DNA of 62,728 bases, filler included, from Globobulimina sp. (GCA_003354225.1; 37 parts of 37 records of this genome joined end to end with filler, not necessarily neighbours in it); one strand, 5' to 3'. Numbered from the whole stretch's first letter, positions 1 to 11,894 are shown. Made by a program: numbers and translations. Notes: generated by a model not told the origin, from the letters alone.

Positions 1-347
1 GAATTAACCATTTATAAACAAATGTAAAATTTAAAATCATCACCGTTATTAATACAATAAATAATAGAATCGTCATTGTTAAGTAAAACCCATCGAACCA
101 AAATGTCGTTGTCATCCAATATAAGGCATAAAACAGATATATATCAGCCCAGAAATTACAGATTTGAAAGAAGAATAAGAATAATTTATACAATGAAGCA
201 TCGTCGATCTGTATACCGAGGACACACGCAATATTTTGCTAAACGGAAAGTATGTAATAGCACCGTTATGAATATGCCAATCATTCCACAAAGCAATATA
301 ATACATAGTAGAGCAACAAAGTTCATCTGGAAAGCGAATGTGTCCAT
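1..347 (-). CDS. Multi-pass membrane protein fragment with an apparent frameshift near 205; related to the domain at 59753-61031
   Basis: Manual translation gives MDTFAFQMNFVALLCIILLCGMIGIFITVLL...PRYTD, then in a shifted frame DDASLYKLFLFFFQICNFWADIYLFYALYW...LFIVLITVMILNF. FQICNFWADI resembles FQIFDVLSDI at ~61000. Confidence 0.5.
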
Positions 348-392
348 TGTTTTACTGTGGAAATTAAAACTGCGAGGTCAAAAACAAACTCC

Positions 393-1600
393 ATGCTTGA
401 AAACCTGAAAATGCGGATGGAAGAAACTCCGACAGCAAAAGTAGTGATGTTAGGAGATACAGGACAAGGAAAGTCTGCCATTGTGCTTCGCTTTGTGACC
501 GGACGTTTTATAGAAGAACATGACCCAACAATTGAGGACTTGTATCAAGATTATCATGTTTGTCAAAATGAGCCGATCATCCTTGAAATATTAGACACCG
601 CCGGCGGCGAAGAGTACCAACACACATTGGGACCACACTGGATCAGAGAGGCTGACATATTCGTATTAGTCTATGCCATTGATTCAGATCTACAAAGCAC
701 ATCCACTGCAACTGCGACACCATTCGACCAATGCACGACATGGAGAAATAAAATATTAGAAATCAAAGAGACAGCAAACGATATAAAATTACCCATTATT
801 TTGGTTGCCAATAAATGTGATGTAATACAGGAAAAAAGGAAGGTTGGCAGCCACACCGGTCAGCAACTTGCAAAAGATTTGGGCTGCGCCTATGTCGAAG
901 TCAGTGCTGCGACGGGATACAACTTAGACTTGTTATGGGATACCGTGGTGATCGAATATAGAAAGTCACAGCAGGTCAAGAAGTATGAAATTGTTCAAGA
1001 TGGCAATGAGCAGAATTGGCAATGCTGTGATGGTTGTTTTAAAAAACAGAATGGGTCCAAGCAACGCATAAAATTACAGGAACAGACTGAGACAGCATCC
1101 AACATTGAGAGGCGAATTGGTGATAAAATAAGATTGTATGATATCCGTAATTTGCCGAAAGATGATACATTTGAACCGATTATTTCATCGACAAACTTTG
1201 AGATAAAAAGGAAATTTGGTTTCCAGCGACTTACTAAGGTATGGCACTGAAATTAGATAATGTAATTTGGATAATACATAATTAAAATTGCATTATTTAG
1301 TTGCGATACTAACTTAAGATGATGTTCTGTGGATTATTGTTGCCGCTGATTTTAGTTTGTCAGACTGTCATTTTTTGGATGTATTCAGAGAGCACAAATG
1401 ATGATTTGTGTCATTATAAGTTTTATCCATATAATTATAAATACAATGATATTCATTATTGGATATTTTTAGATTTTTTAGGTTTGATTGTTGGTCGCGA
1501 AGCGAACCAGGACCCGGAAACTGTGAGAAATAGGAAATGGTTTCTAAGGCAAACCCAACAACAATTATGGTCAAGGTATGCACTCCAAAAACGTTTCTAT
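393..1600 (+). CDS. Ras-family small GTPase with C-terminal extension including a hydrophobic segment (3' partial; intron 1239-1318)
   Basis: G1 GDTGQGKS, G2 PTIED, G3 DTAGG, G4 NKCD, G5 EVSA. A phase-0 GT..AG intron with a TACTAAC branch site joins ORF 357..1250 to ORF 1319.. Confidence 0.88.
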
Positions 1601-1700
1601 NNNNNNNNNNNNNNNNNNNNNNNNNNNNNNNNNNNNNNNNNNNNTTAATTAATTAANNNNNNNNNNNNNNNNNNNNNNNNNNNNNNNNNNNNNNNNNNNN
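1601..1700. other. Artificial contig linker (N44-TTAATTAATTAA-N44); first of ~36 copies spaced every ~1.7 kb
   Basis: An identical 100-nt spacer with a six-frame-stop 12-mer recurs throughout. The flanking contigs are all about 1597-1600 nt, consistent with a length-sorted concatenation. Confidence 0.99.
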
Positions 1701-1715
1701 TATGATAAATGAAAC

Positions 1716-2570
1716 ATGGCAAACAACCTTTTGATTTGTATAAGTTGTTCTTTATTATTGTCACTAATACAATGTGATATCACCCAAAACGATAGAAACA
1801 CATTAATTGATGTTTATTCCTCAACAAATGGACCACATTGGAAGATTACATGGAATCTATCAACATTGCAAAATGGAACTGTTTGTCCAGATGGTTTATA
1901 TGGTGTGGACTGTGATTATAATGATATCACGGTTATTCGCATAAATTTACGTTCCAACGAACTCAGTGGAACAATACCCGCATCCATTGGTAATTTGACA
2001 TCATTGACAACTTTAGATTTATATTCCAACGAACTCAGTGGGTCAATACCCGCATCCATTGGTAATTTAACATCATTGACAAATTTATTATTATATTCCA
2101 ACGAACTCAGTGGAACAATACCCACATCCATTGGCAATTTAACATCGTTGACATATTTATCTTTATTTTCCAACGAACTCAGTGGGACAATACCCGAATC
2201 CATTGGTAATTTAACATCATTGACAACTTTATATTTATATTACAACCAACTCAATGGGACAATACCCGCATCCATTGGCAATTTAATATCATTGACAATT
2301 TTATTATTAGATTCCAACGAACTCAGTGGGACAATACCCGCATCCATTGGTAATTTGACATCATTGTGGTATTTATCTTTATTTTCCAACCAACTCAGTG
2401 GAACAATACCCGCATCCATTGGTAATTTAACATCGTTGACAACTTTATCTCTAAAGTCCAACCAACTCAATGGGACAATACCTACATCCATTGGTAATTT
2501 GACATTATTGTGGTATTTATCTTTAAATTCCAACCAACTCAGTGGAACAATACCCGCATCCATTAATTGA
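1716..2570 (+). CDS. Secreted/receptor-type LRR protein with 24-aa plant-type repeats; probably truncated at the 3' end
   Basis: Signal peptide, LRR N-cap (W...C...YGVDC), then about 9 repeats of LxxLxLxxNxLSGTIPASIGN that are near-identical 72-bp units in the DNA. Confidence 0.93.
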   Translation: MANNLLICISCSLLLSLIQCDITQNDRNTLIDVYSSTNGPHWKITWNLSTLQNGTVCPDGLYGVDCDYNDITVIRINLRSNELSGTIPASIGNLTSLTTLDLYSNELSGSIPASIGNLTSLTNLLLYSNELSGTIPTSIGNLTSLTYLSLFSNELSGTIPESIGNLTSLTTLYLYYNQLNGTIPASIGNLISLTILLLDSNELSGTIPASIGNLTSLWYLSLFSNQLSGTIPASIGNLTSLTTLSLKSNQLNGTIPTSIGNLTLLWYLSLNSNQLSGTIPASIN

Positions 2571-3180
2571 AGAGCTTCATTAATTGAAGATGTTTCATGG
2601 GAGCATCATTAATTGAAGAGCTCCTCCATATTTATAAACCTATGTCATTTAAACAGCTACTTTTTACGTTTTTTCTGATAAAGACAAATTAAGATACACA
2701 TGCACGCAACGAGAAACAATTGAGAACTGGATAAAAACTAGCTAGAAACAGATGGAAACATTCACAAAAGATAGGCACATGCGTTTTGGTGTGCAATGGA
2801 AGTTGTTTTTGCAGCACACAAGAGATGAGAAGACAAAATAAGAATAAAAAACCATGCGTGCATTTGCAAACAACAATCTACGAGCTATAAAAATCCTATC
2901 AAAAACAGAGTTCATCAATCTGTCTTCATTGTAAAAGACGGTTGGATACCGTTATGGAAACGAACACGTGGTATTAGTGGCAGTTTCAGAATACAAAGAG
3001 TCACATTTGTGGGAGATCTTTGTGTAAAAATAAAGATCATATAACGTAGCATCCCAGACTGTGAACATGAACCAAAGTGTTTGTATTGTCATCCAGTCTG
3101 AAAACATCTAACATAATCTAACATTTAGTGAAAATCCCAAAAACCTTAAGCTTTAGCAAATGTCATAGCATGTCAGTCAG

Positions 3181-3299
3181 TCACAATCACAAAGGCGGAG
3201 TTCCGCGCCGGCTACGAACGCTTGAAAGGCAAAAACGTATTATTCCCGTTCGCCTTCCACTGCACCGGTATGCCCATCGCCGCTGCGGCCAAACGCATC
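3181..3299 (+). CDS. LARS1: Cytosolic leucyl-tRNA synthetase fragment (not in the ORF track)
   Basis: The frame starting at 3183 reads [39 protein letters not shown], the eukaryotic/archaeal LeuRS segment just after the HIGH motif. It is preceded by CAG at 3178-3180 and an abrupt rise in GC. Confidence 0.88.
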
Positions 3300-3912
3300 N
3301 NNNNNNNNNNNNNNNNNNNNNNNNNNNNNNNNNNNNNNNNNNNTTAATTAATTAANNNNNNNNNNNNNNNNNNNNNNNNNNNNNNNNNNNNNNNNNNNNC
3401 GTTCTTCATCATCATGAGTTTTAAGGGGGTTGTTTCAAAGACTTGTGATGAAGAATATTTCCTATAGAAATGATCCTGTACAAGTATTTCCTTAAAGAAT
3501 AATATTTTCTCATTTGCTAACTCCACTTTCATGCCATTCCCATCAAATATCTATAAATTCCATGCAAACCAATTCCATTTATGGTACGGTATTATATCCA
3601 ATTCAATTCCAATCACAAATAACTCACTTAGTGCTGCTCCATCTGTCAGATGTAATCTATTCTGTGTGTTTCAGTTTCAGTGTTGAGTGTGCCATGACTG
3701 CCATGCTCAGTTCAGATGAATTTAATTAATGTTAATTTGACTGTTTTGTTTTTGAGTAAAAAATAAATGTAGGTACACAAATTTAATTACACGTACGGAT
3801 TGGCTGCAGCTGGCTATTTAATTGAATTGATTTGATTTTATGGATAATAAACTTTGTGATATGTCTGCAAATTGCTTCATCGATGCAAAAATTAAAAAAA
3901 TAAACTTTGTGT

Positions 3913-4128
3913 TGACTCAGATAGGATTCAAACCTATATCTATGTGGACTATACCAACAACATTTGGTTGTGTATTATATTTAAGCTAAGGTGTTGGTAA
4001 ACAAATTGCTTTTAAACTTGGACGTTTAACGTTTTATCATATTGAGAAAAGGTTGGTTGTTGGGGGGGACACAGCCGAAGCTGCAGACACACGCTCTATC
4101 AAATATTATATCATTGAGCTACTGAGTC
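3913..4128 (-). tRNA. Interrupted tRNA gene or pseudogene (Arg-TCG-like body; alternative reading anticodon GCA)
   Basis: Minus strand: acceptor GACTCAG (4128-4122) pairs 7/7 with CTGAGTC (3920-3914); TA linker; D-stem GCTC/GAGC; T-arm ATAGG-TTTGAAT-CCTAT; an oligo-T run about 12 nt downstream. Confidence 0.65.
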
Positions 4129-5435
4129 TTGTATTTCTTGTGTATAACATAATTATTGATGCGCTATATATGTTGCTATCGAATGGCACACAAATATTTA
4201 TGGTATGCACAGTCGAATCAAATCAAATCAAAATGTAATATATTATTTGCAATTGGATCGATTCATTATAAAATTAAATAATTAAAAATCAAATGTATAT
4301 TATAAATAAAATTAATTGGATTCGATCTGATTAAATTCAACGGATTGAGAATCGAATTTGATTGGTATTAAAATGATTGTTATTGTTTACTATGAATATA
4401 TGATATCGATATCATTGATATGAATGCGTACGTTGTGTAACTGTAACAACAATAAAATTATATGCACTGTGCTGTAAAATGTTCATCATGAATTAATTCA
4501 AGTGGCTCCATTGTTCATTGTTAAATGCAGGATCGATCCGATCGACTCGCAAACTTGCAATTGAGTTGCCATTGCCATGCTGGATGATGCATGATGTTTT
4601 CTTGTGACTGACTTTTTATTCAACATTTTTAATTTAAACAAAATGGATTAAACCATAAGCATTTTGCAGTAAATTGAATCATGTATAAATATACGTCAAT
4701 ATTATGCAGTTTAAAACAAGAAGGAAGTTCCAAGTGATATTAACTTGAGACAAAACATATTTGGATTGGTTTGCGTCAACATCATTCCTTATTAACACCT
4801 CTTTCCGAATATGCAATATTAAGATACTCAGTAGTTATCATCTTGCTTTCTTCTTTTTTCTCGATGACAATGATGAATCAAAAAAAAAAAGAACAATTAT
4901 TTGCATTTTGTGTTTCTCAATAGTGAATAATACGCGCAATAATTGAGTGAAAAAGGCACCATTTGTGCTCAAGGATGCAGCTCTCGGAATAAATCAGANN
5001 NNNNNNNNNNNNNNNNNNNNNNNNNNNNNNNNNNNNNNNNNNTTAATTAATTAANNNNNNNNNNNNNNNNNNNNNNNNNNNNNNNNNNNNNNNNNNNNTC
5101 ATTGCGCAGAAACTCAACGACGACGAACAAAGGAGGCTGGCCGGCGCCAATCAGATAAATAAAGTGGCGCCGCACACTCAGTTCAACTTAATGGCAGAAC
5201 AATGATTTTCTTTTTCTTTTTGTTTGTTTAATTTGTAGAATTATTAATAAATCGATTTTAGTGTTTTGAAGAAGAAACTTTTTGCTTTTTTTGTGCATGT
5301 GTGTTTGTTAAATTTGCTGTTTTAAATTATTATTTTCGATCTCCATCCACCAATTTATTAAAAAAAGAGAGAGAGCATCACACAAAACTATAGGGCTATA
5401 ATTTTTTATTTATCGAGATCGCACTTCGACTTTTT

Positions 5436-6412
5436 GGTTGTGGCTGGTTGGTTGGTTGTGGTGGGGCGGGGCGGGTGCGGCTGGTTGGGTTTGTTGTGGC
5501 TGGCTGTTGGTTGTGATTGGCGAGCATCTTATTGTATTTTGTAGGACAAAGTGTCGCGAGGATGATGACCGAATGTTTTTTGTTGGGTATTTTAAAACAT
5601 TTTCTGAAAATCTGAAATAAATATCAACATAAAAATAACGAAAAAAAGGAACACACTGTCAAAATTGAAGAACTATAAAACTAATCAAATCCATAATCTA
5701 CCGAATATGGATCACAATAACCACTCCAAAAAGTACACAAAATATCAGAGTCAATCAACTAATATATGACCATCATAAAAGATTTCGCAACTGCTTACAT
5801 CTCGATTGCCATCACAACAAATTGCATAACCATTCTCCATCCTTTACATCAAATGATCCATCAATCACCATGCCCATCATCACTAAAAACCATTATTATC
5901 CGTATTATTTTATTATTTTATTCTTTTCGAGCTGCGTTGGTTGGTTGGCGGTGCGGGGCGAGCTGGTTGGGGCTGGTTGGTCGTTGGGTTTGTTGTGGCT
6001 GGCTGTTGGTTGTGATTGGCGAGCATCTTATTTTATTTTGTAGGACAAAGTGTGCGCGAGCATGATGATTGAATGTTTTTTGTTTGGTTTTTTTTAACAT
6101 TTTCTGAAAATCTGAAATAAATATTAACATAAAATAACGAAAAGAAAGAACACACTGTCAAAATTGGCAAGAACTGCATAGATCCAAACATATTTATAAT
6201 CAAATCCATAATCTACCGAATATGGATCACAATCACACACAATAACCACTCGAAAAAGTACACAAAATATCAGAGTCTGATGACGCATATAAACTGCAAG
6301 ACAATCCACTAATATAACCATCTCGATTGCCATCACAACAAATTACATAAACATTCCCATCCTACACAGCAAATGATCCATCCATCCATCAATCACCATC
6401 CCATCATCACCA
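5436..6412. repeat. Diverged ~490-bp direct duplication (about 5436-5890 and 5935-6412)
   Basis: Shared blocks such as GGGTTTGTTGTGGCTGGCTGTTGGTTGTGATTGGCGAGCATCTTATT and TTTTCTGAAAATCTGAAATAAATAT occur in both copies. Confidence 0.9.
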
Positions 6413-6797
6413 AATACTTGACATTCATTGTCATTCAAAGCAATCAAATGTAAAAATCTTGCTTCAAATTAAAAACCTTCAAACTTTTAACTTTTAACAC
6501 ATTTTTCAGTGACTTTGAAATGTTGCAGCATGGTTTTCATTACAAAATAATACGGATAATAATGGTTTTGGTGATTGAAAAATTACGGATAGGTATTTTG
6601 GTTCAAACATCAACCGTCGTTGGCCAAAATACACGTTGCTCGGCATACTGACAGTAACTAGAGTCGAAGTTGGGGTCATGCCTGTTCCTCTCTTTATNNN
6701 NNNNNNNNNNNNNNNNNNNNNNNNNNNNNNNNNNNNNNNNNTTAATTAATTAANNNNNNNNNNNNNNNNNNNNNNNNNNNNNNNNNNNNNNNNNNNN

Positions 6798-7148
6798 TAA
6801 AACCCTATTATTTAATATTCCACACACAGACGATAATCGAACAAGATCATCAATAGTTAAAAATGGAACGATTGTCGTAAAACATGGTTCTAAACTATTG
6901 ATTAATTGATGATGTTGATTTAAATATCGTTTTAAGCGTATTTCGTTTCGATATTTGACATGATACAAAGGCGGTGAATCTGGAATTGGTTTATTGTCAA
7001 TTAATTTTGGTGGTGGCTGTTTTGATGGATGTTGATTTTTTGCATGAGCCTGTTTCATACTCTCTTGTTTTAATAAAAAAAATTTAGGGATACTTGGTGA
7101 TGTTAATGGTATTGACGACGGCGAATTGTTTCTTTCACAACTTGTCAT
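6798..7148 (-). CDS. Putative F-box protein N-terminus (3' partial)
   Basis: LEPCFTTIVPFLTIDDLVRLSSVCGILNN matches the F-box consensus (I..FL...DL..L..VC). Confidence 0.6.
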
Positions 7149-7218
7149 GTTTCAAAAAACGTTTTTTCCAGAAATTTCTAGAAAAGTTTTGTAAGTTGGA
7201 AGAGTATCGTTAGATCAG

Positions 7219-8396
7219 ATGGCGGGTAAAATTGAAATAACACATCCCTCCAATAATAGCATATTAAATATGTTATGGGATGAATCAAAACAACCGCAAC
7301 AGACAATGCGCATTGAAGTAACTGGACCATCGGGGTCGATATCGACATTGCCAAACGTTTCAACCGTACCAAGCGGAGCAATATTGAACGAAAATGAAGA
7401 AAAGGAAGAAAAGCAACAAATAAAAGCAGATAAAAAGACTGAACCGCCCACTTTAAAGGAATCCGCTGCATTTTCTACGTTACGAATGTTTCATGAAATG
7501 GGTTTAGGCGGTGATTCTGAAGATATTTTTATTAATTCTTCACCGAACAAACAAACAGAATCTCAAATACAAATACAAACAGAAATAGAAAGCAAACAAC
7601 AACCAATTACCATTAAAGGAGGAGGAGGCAATAATAAATCAGGCAAAAAAAATAAGAGCATAAAAAGAAAGAAGATAGCCGCGTATGATATGGATATGGA
7701 GATGGAGATGGATATGGATATGGATATGGACTCATATATAAATACTGTAAATGGCGCATTTCCAGAGACAACACCGCGAAAAGAGCATGATGTTAAAGAT
7801 ATGGATAGGAATCAAGAGATAACACCATCTGATTTACAACAATTTGAATCAATGTTGGAGAATACGGAAAGTTTAATCAATGATATGATTGATGTGTGCA
7901 ATGAGAATGGCTATGGCTTAGACTGTCCATTGCAAGGCCAAGGACAAGGCCAAGGCAATGACCTGGACAGCTCACTAAGTCTAAATAGCAATATAAAGCG
8001 ATATATGGCCTACGCACAGCAACAACTATGCCAATATAACTTCAATTTGTCCTCCAACGCAATTGTAGATTTGATGGGTGTCAAACACACAATGCCCTTC
8101 CTAATGAATCGCGAATTGTACAAATTATATAACAATCCCAGCGATTGTCATATATCGTCGCAAGGCTATGTATTATATGCAAATAAGAGGTTGACGCCGC
8201 ATTATTATTTTAATGTGATCGATTATCGCGTGCGGAGACGGATTGATCTAACCATTGCTAAAATAATTCGCGATTATTTGCGGAAAGGACACTTTAATAT
8301 GTTTGAATTTATGTATCCATCGTCGCAGTCATTAAAGGGTATCACGCCAATACTAATCAACCACTTTGAAGAGCAATCCAAAATATGTTATAAGCC
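7219..8396 (+). CDS. Hypothetical protein with low-complexity N-terminal half (3' partial)
   Basis: Long open frame (>390 codons) with DM/EM and QG repeats; no family recognised. Confidence 0.65.
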
Positions 8397-8496
8397 NNNN
8401 NNNNNNNNNNNNNNNNNNNNNNNNNNNNNNNNNNNNNNNNTTAATTAATTAANNNNNNNNNNNNNNNNNNNNNNNNNNNNNNNNNNNNNNNNNNNN

Positions 8497-9995
8497 ACTA
8501 AACCAGAACCAACCACATCAGAAATAAAAACAGATAATGATGCCCAAAACGATGAGCAATTCAGGGTATCAAAATATGTAATATATGCCTATGAAGATGC
8601 AAAATTATTACTACAATGCGGACGCTTAAAAATAGTTTTCGTTTTAGCTGTAATCATTGGTTATTTATCATATGGTTTTTATTTTTATTTCGATAAAAAA
8701 CAAAATCAGTCCTCACAAACAGAGTTCATTCAAATCGATGCGATGCGAGTCCCTTATTATTATATTTATGCTTCAGAAAAAGTATTTGATTTAGAGTTGG
8801 TGTCCATTGCTGTGGTTGATTCAGCTGGCAATATCACACAACGATGGGAAGGCTCCGGAGGAGATATAGAAATAATATCCGCTCCGCAGTTTAATTTTGA
8901 ACATGTCTCAAATTCAGATACATGGACAGAGTGTGGTATATTAAATACAGTCCAACAAGATGATGGATCGAAGAGGTTATTGATACCTCCCACTGATTTA
9001 GAATTAGATATTGGTAGTACATTAAGGTTGCGCTTAAAAATGAAGTCACATCCATTGGATGATTATACTTCGTTTGGTTTTTCTGGTTCGGGGCCAGGCG
9101 GTGCTGAGCCACCGACTGGGATGTCATTGTCTGATGATCTACAAACAAAATATTTTAATTCATTTTTATATGGTTTATTTTGGTTTGCCGACGATGTCGA
9201 ATTGTTACATGTTGCGGGTCTGTGACACCACATTGACTGTTTGATGCATATGGATCAATCAAAGATTGCGTATAACGGAAACGCTTAATTCAATTTGTTT
9301 CTGGCATTTCATTTTTTGAACGTTTCCTTTTGCCGCACAGTCTGTAGATTGATCCAAAGACGCACACAATCCAACAATTGCAACGACAAAGAGGCAATGT
9401 GGTGATACCTAATTGTGCAGATTCAGATAATTATACATTGAATGATTTTCCGGACGATACATATTCAAATCAGTTACAATTATATTATACATTTTTATCA
9501 ACAGAATATTATGCTTATATGGACTTATTTAATTTTATTGATAAAATCGAGGATTCGGAAAGTTTTTATTATTCATTTACGCCGGTTTCATCATTAATAA
9601 ATTATATTTTAACCAAGTTTGATGCCGTCCAAATGAACAATACGGAATATGAAGTTCGATTGAATTTTTATCCAAATCCAGCCGGGGAAGGTCTAATGAC
9701 ACAAATTATTAAAAAAGAAAAAAAATCGTGGACCGATGTGTTTAGTGAAGTCGGAGGAATGTTTACTGTGATAAATGCCTTTTTCTATCGTACATTTACA
9801 TGGTTATTGTTAGGCATTGCGTGTTGGAAAGGATTAGCCCCAAATGATAGTTTGGGTGAAGCAGAAAAAAGAAAAATAAGAACATATTTACATGAATTAA
9901 AACTTATTGATGATGAACGGGCTGATGTAAATTTAGAAGATACACAAAAAACATTACTTGATACCATTGATGCAAAATGTTGTAAGTGTTGTTGA
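8497..9995 (+). CDS. Two-TM protein with large extracellular loop, ENaC/DEG- or PAC-like topology (5' partial; intron about 9211-9347)
   Basis: The frame is open from 8497. TM1 is IVFVLAVIIGYLSYGFLFLF, followed by QTEFIQIDAMRVP. The C-terminal WTDVFSEVGGMFTVINAFF resembles the pre-TM2/TM2 of this fold. The splice donor is uncertain. Confidence 0.55.
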
Positions 9996-10289
9996 TTGAT
10001 GATCGTACTGTGTCTTCTGTTTTTTTTTGAGTGCGTTTTTTTAGAGTGTCATCTACGTTTTTTTTTGAGTAAATTGTCTGACAAAAACCTTTTTGNNNNN
10101 NNNNNNNNNNNNNNNNNNNNNNNNNNNNNNNNNNNNNNNTTAATTAATTAANNNNNNNNNNNNNNNNNNNNNNNNNNNNNNNNNNNNNNNNNNNNACGAA
10201 TTCATGCATTCAGCGTGAATCAAAGCAGATTAAAAAACTTCCTTCAAAAATCTTACTTCCCTTACAACTCAAAATAGCCACAATTAAAT

Positions 10290-11794
10290 ATGCAAGAATC
10301 CAAAGACAGTTCCGAGGCCATGCAACCAAATTGGATAATTATTGACGGAATTCCAGACCTAATTGAAAACCAAGACTACGCTCGTTATGCCACGGCATTA
10401 GAAGAAGCAGCCAAAACCATTGCAAACAACGGCTCTAAAATCGAACCAATTGTGTACATCCCCTTTGATAAAAAGGTCAGCAAACATTCAGAAGACCTAA
10501 TCATTGATGGTTCTGGCTTTATCGAATTCGGCAACGTCGAAGATGCACAAGAATTTTCCAAAAATTACCGCAATCTCGCTCCATTACAACCGTTCTTAGG
10601 CGATTTAGTGTGTTATAGCAGTCGAGAAGTGGATGAATTGGAAGCATTGCCGGACGAATATCACAAATTAACCAGAGACGAATTCCAAACACAGCGCAAC
10701 TTATTATGGTGGCTATTGGACGAAGAAGGCGGTGAGCGGTATGCGGTTCAGTATGTAATCAGATATCAAGGCACTGAGTTCCAAGAAACAAACGTATTTT
10801 GGATGGATGAAAACCAAGTCAAGGAACGCCGCACTTTATGTTACGATGCGAGTGAGCTCAAACAACAGAGACAAGTTAAATTATTATACGCTGATTAATC
10901 ATATACATAGCCACACGGCCACACCTCTACAACCAGGAAATGACTCGGCAATTCGTACAATGGTCGCCCAATGGATACTATTTACTCACTACGCACCCAC
11001 AAGGCATCCAGTTATGGGGCGGTCCCAACTGGCAAAGCTTTCAGAAATTGTCGCATAACCGCGTCGATAAGATGAGTTTCAGTCCGAATGAAACGTTTTT
11101 AATCACTTGCAATACGGCACCGTATGAGAATTCTAGCGGAAACCGACAAAATCCAGTTTAGTTTTGCTCCTTTTTCCATCCTTGCACACACGCACAAAGC
11201 CATTGAATTCGTACTTACTCGCATACTGTGATAGGAATGCAAGATCTGGGACGTCTTAACCGGCCAAGAAATCATCACCGTCAAATATAGCACCATCGGA
11301 CCGGGGATAAAACTGCGATTACCGGGTTGGTGGCCAATCTTTAAATGGAGTTTCAACGAGGAATACATTGCCAAAATCAACAGTGAGCGCGGTATGAACG
11401 CCAAAGCCAAAGATTTGAATAAAATCAACATCTTCAAATTGTGCGATCGCACCGAAGACAGTGGTTATGACTGTCGGTATACAGTGGAGAAACTAGGCGG
11501 CAAATCCATCACTGTCGACGCCTTATTCAATATGGAATTTAGTCCCAGCGACAACATATTGGCCTACACCACCTTCGCACAGAACGACGACCAAAGCAAA
11601 GTGAGCTTGATCTCCATCCCGAGCAAGAACTCGCTCCGTGTCCAAACCTTAGGGTTTGATGTGGTGAAAGCGCATTTGTACTGGCAATCATTGGGCAGAT
11701 ATTTGGCCATCAATATGGCGCACAGTGCGTCCAAATCCAATTTCCGATTAATCCGCCACCACTCCATCGGGATCATGACGGAGCGGGCCAAGAA
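10290..11794 (+). CDS. EIF3B: Eukaryotic translation initiation factor 3 subunit B (3' partial, two introns)
   Basis: N-terminal RRM (IIIDGIP...GFIEF...A), LLWWL, WSPNGYYLLTTHPQGIQLWGG, FSPNETFLIT, WPIFKWS, LYWQSLGRYLA. Confidence 0.88.
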
Positions 11795-11894
11795 NNNNNN
11801 NNNNNNNNNNNNNNNNNNNNNNNNNNNNNNNNNNNNNNTTAATTAATTAANNNNNNNNNNNNNNNNNNNNNNNNNNNNNNNNNNNNNNNNNNNN

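Noticed and set aside
1601-1700. Regularly spaced TTAATTAATTAA as a biological repeat or array
   Set aside because: It is embedded in fixed N-runs and is an artificial six-frame-stop linker.
1916-2563. Antisense repeat ORFs opposite the LRR gene
   Set aside because: Shadow frames produced by the 72-bp repeat.
5438-6336. Short Trp/Gly-rich ORFs
   Set aside because: Translations of a GT-rich non-coding repeat; the frames are not conserved between the two copies.
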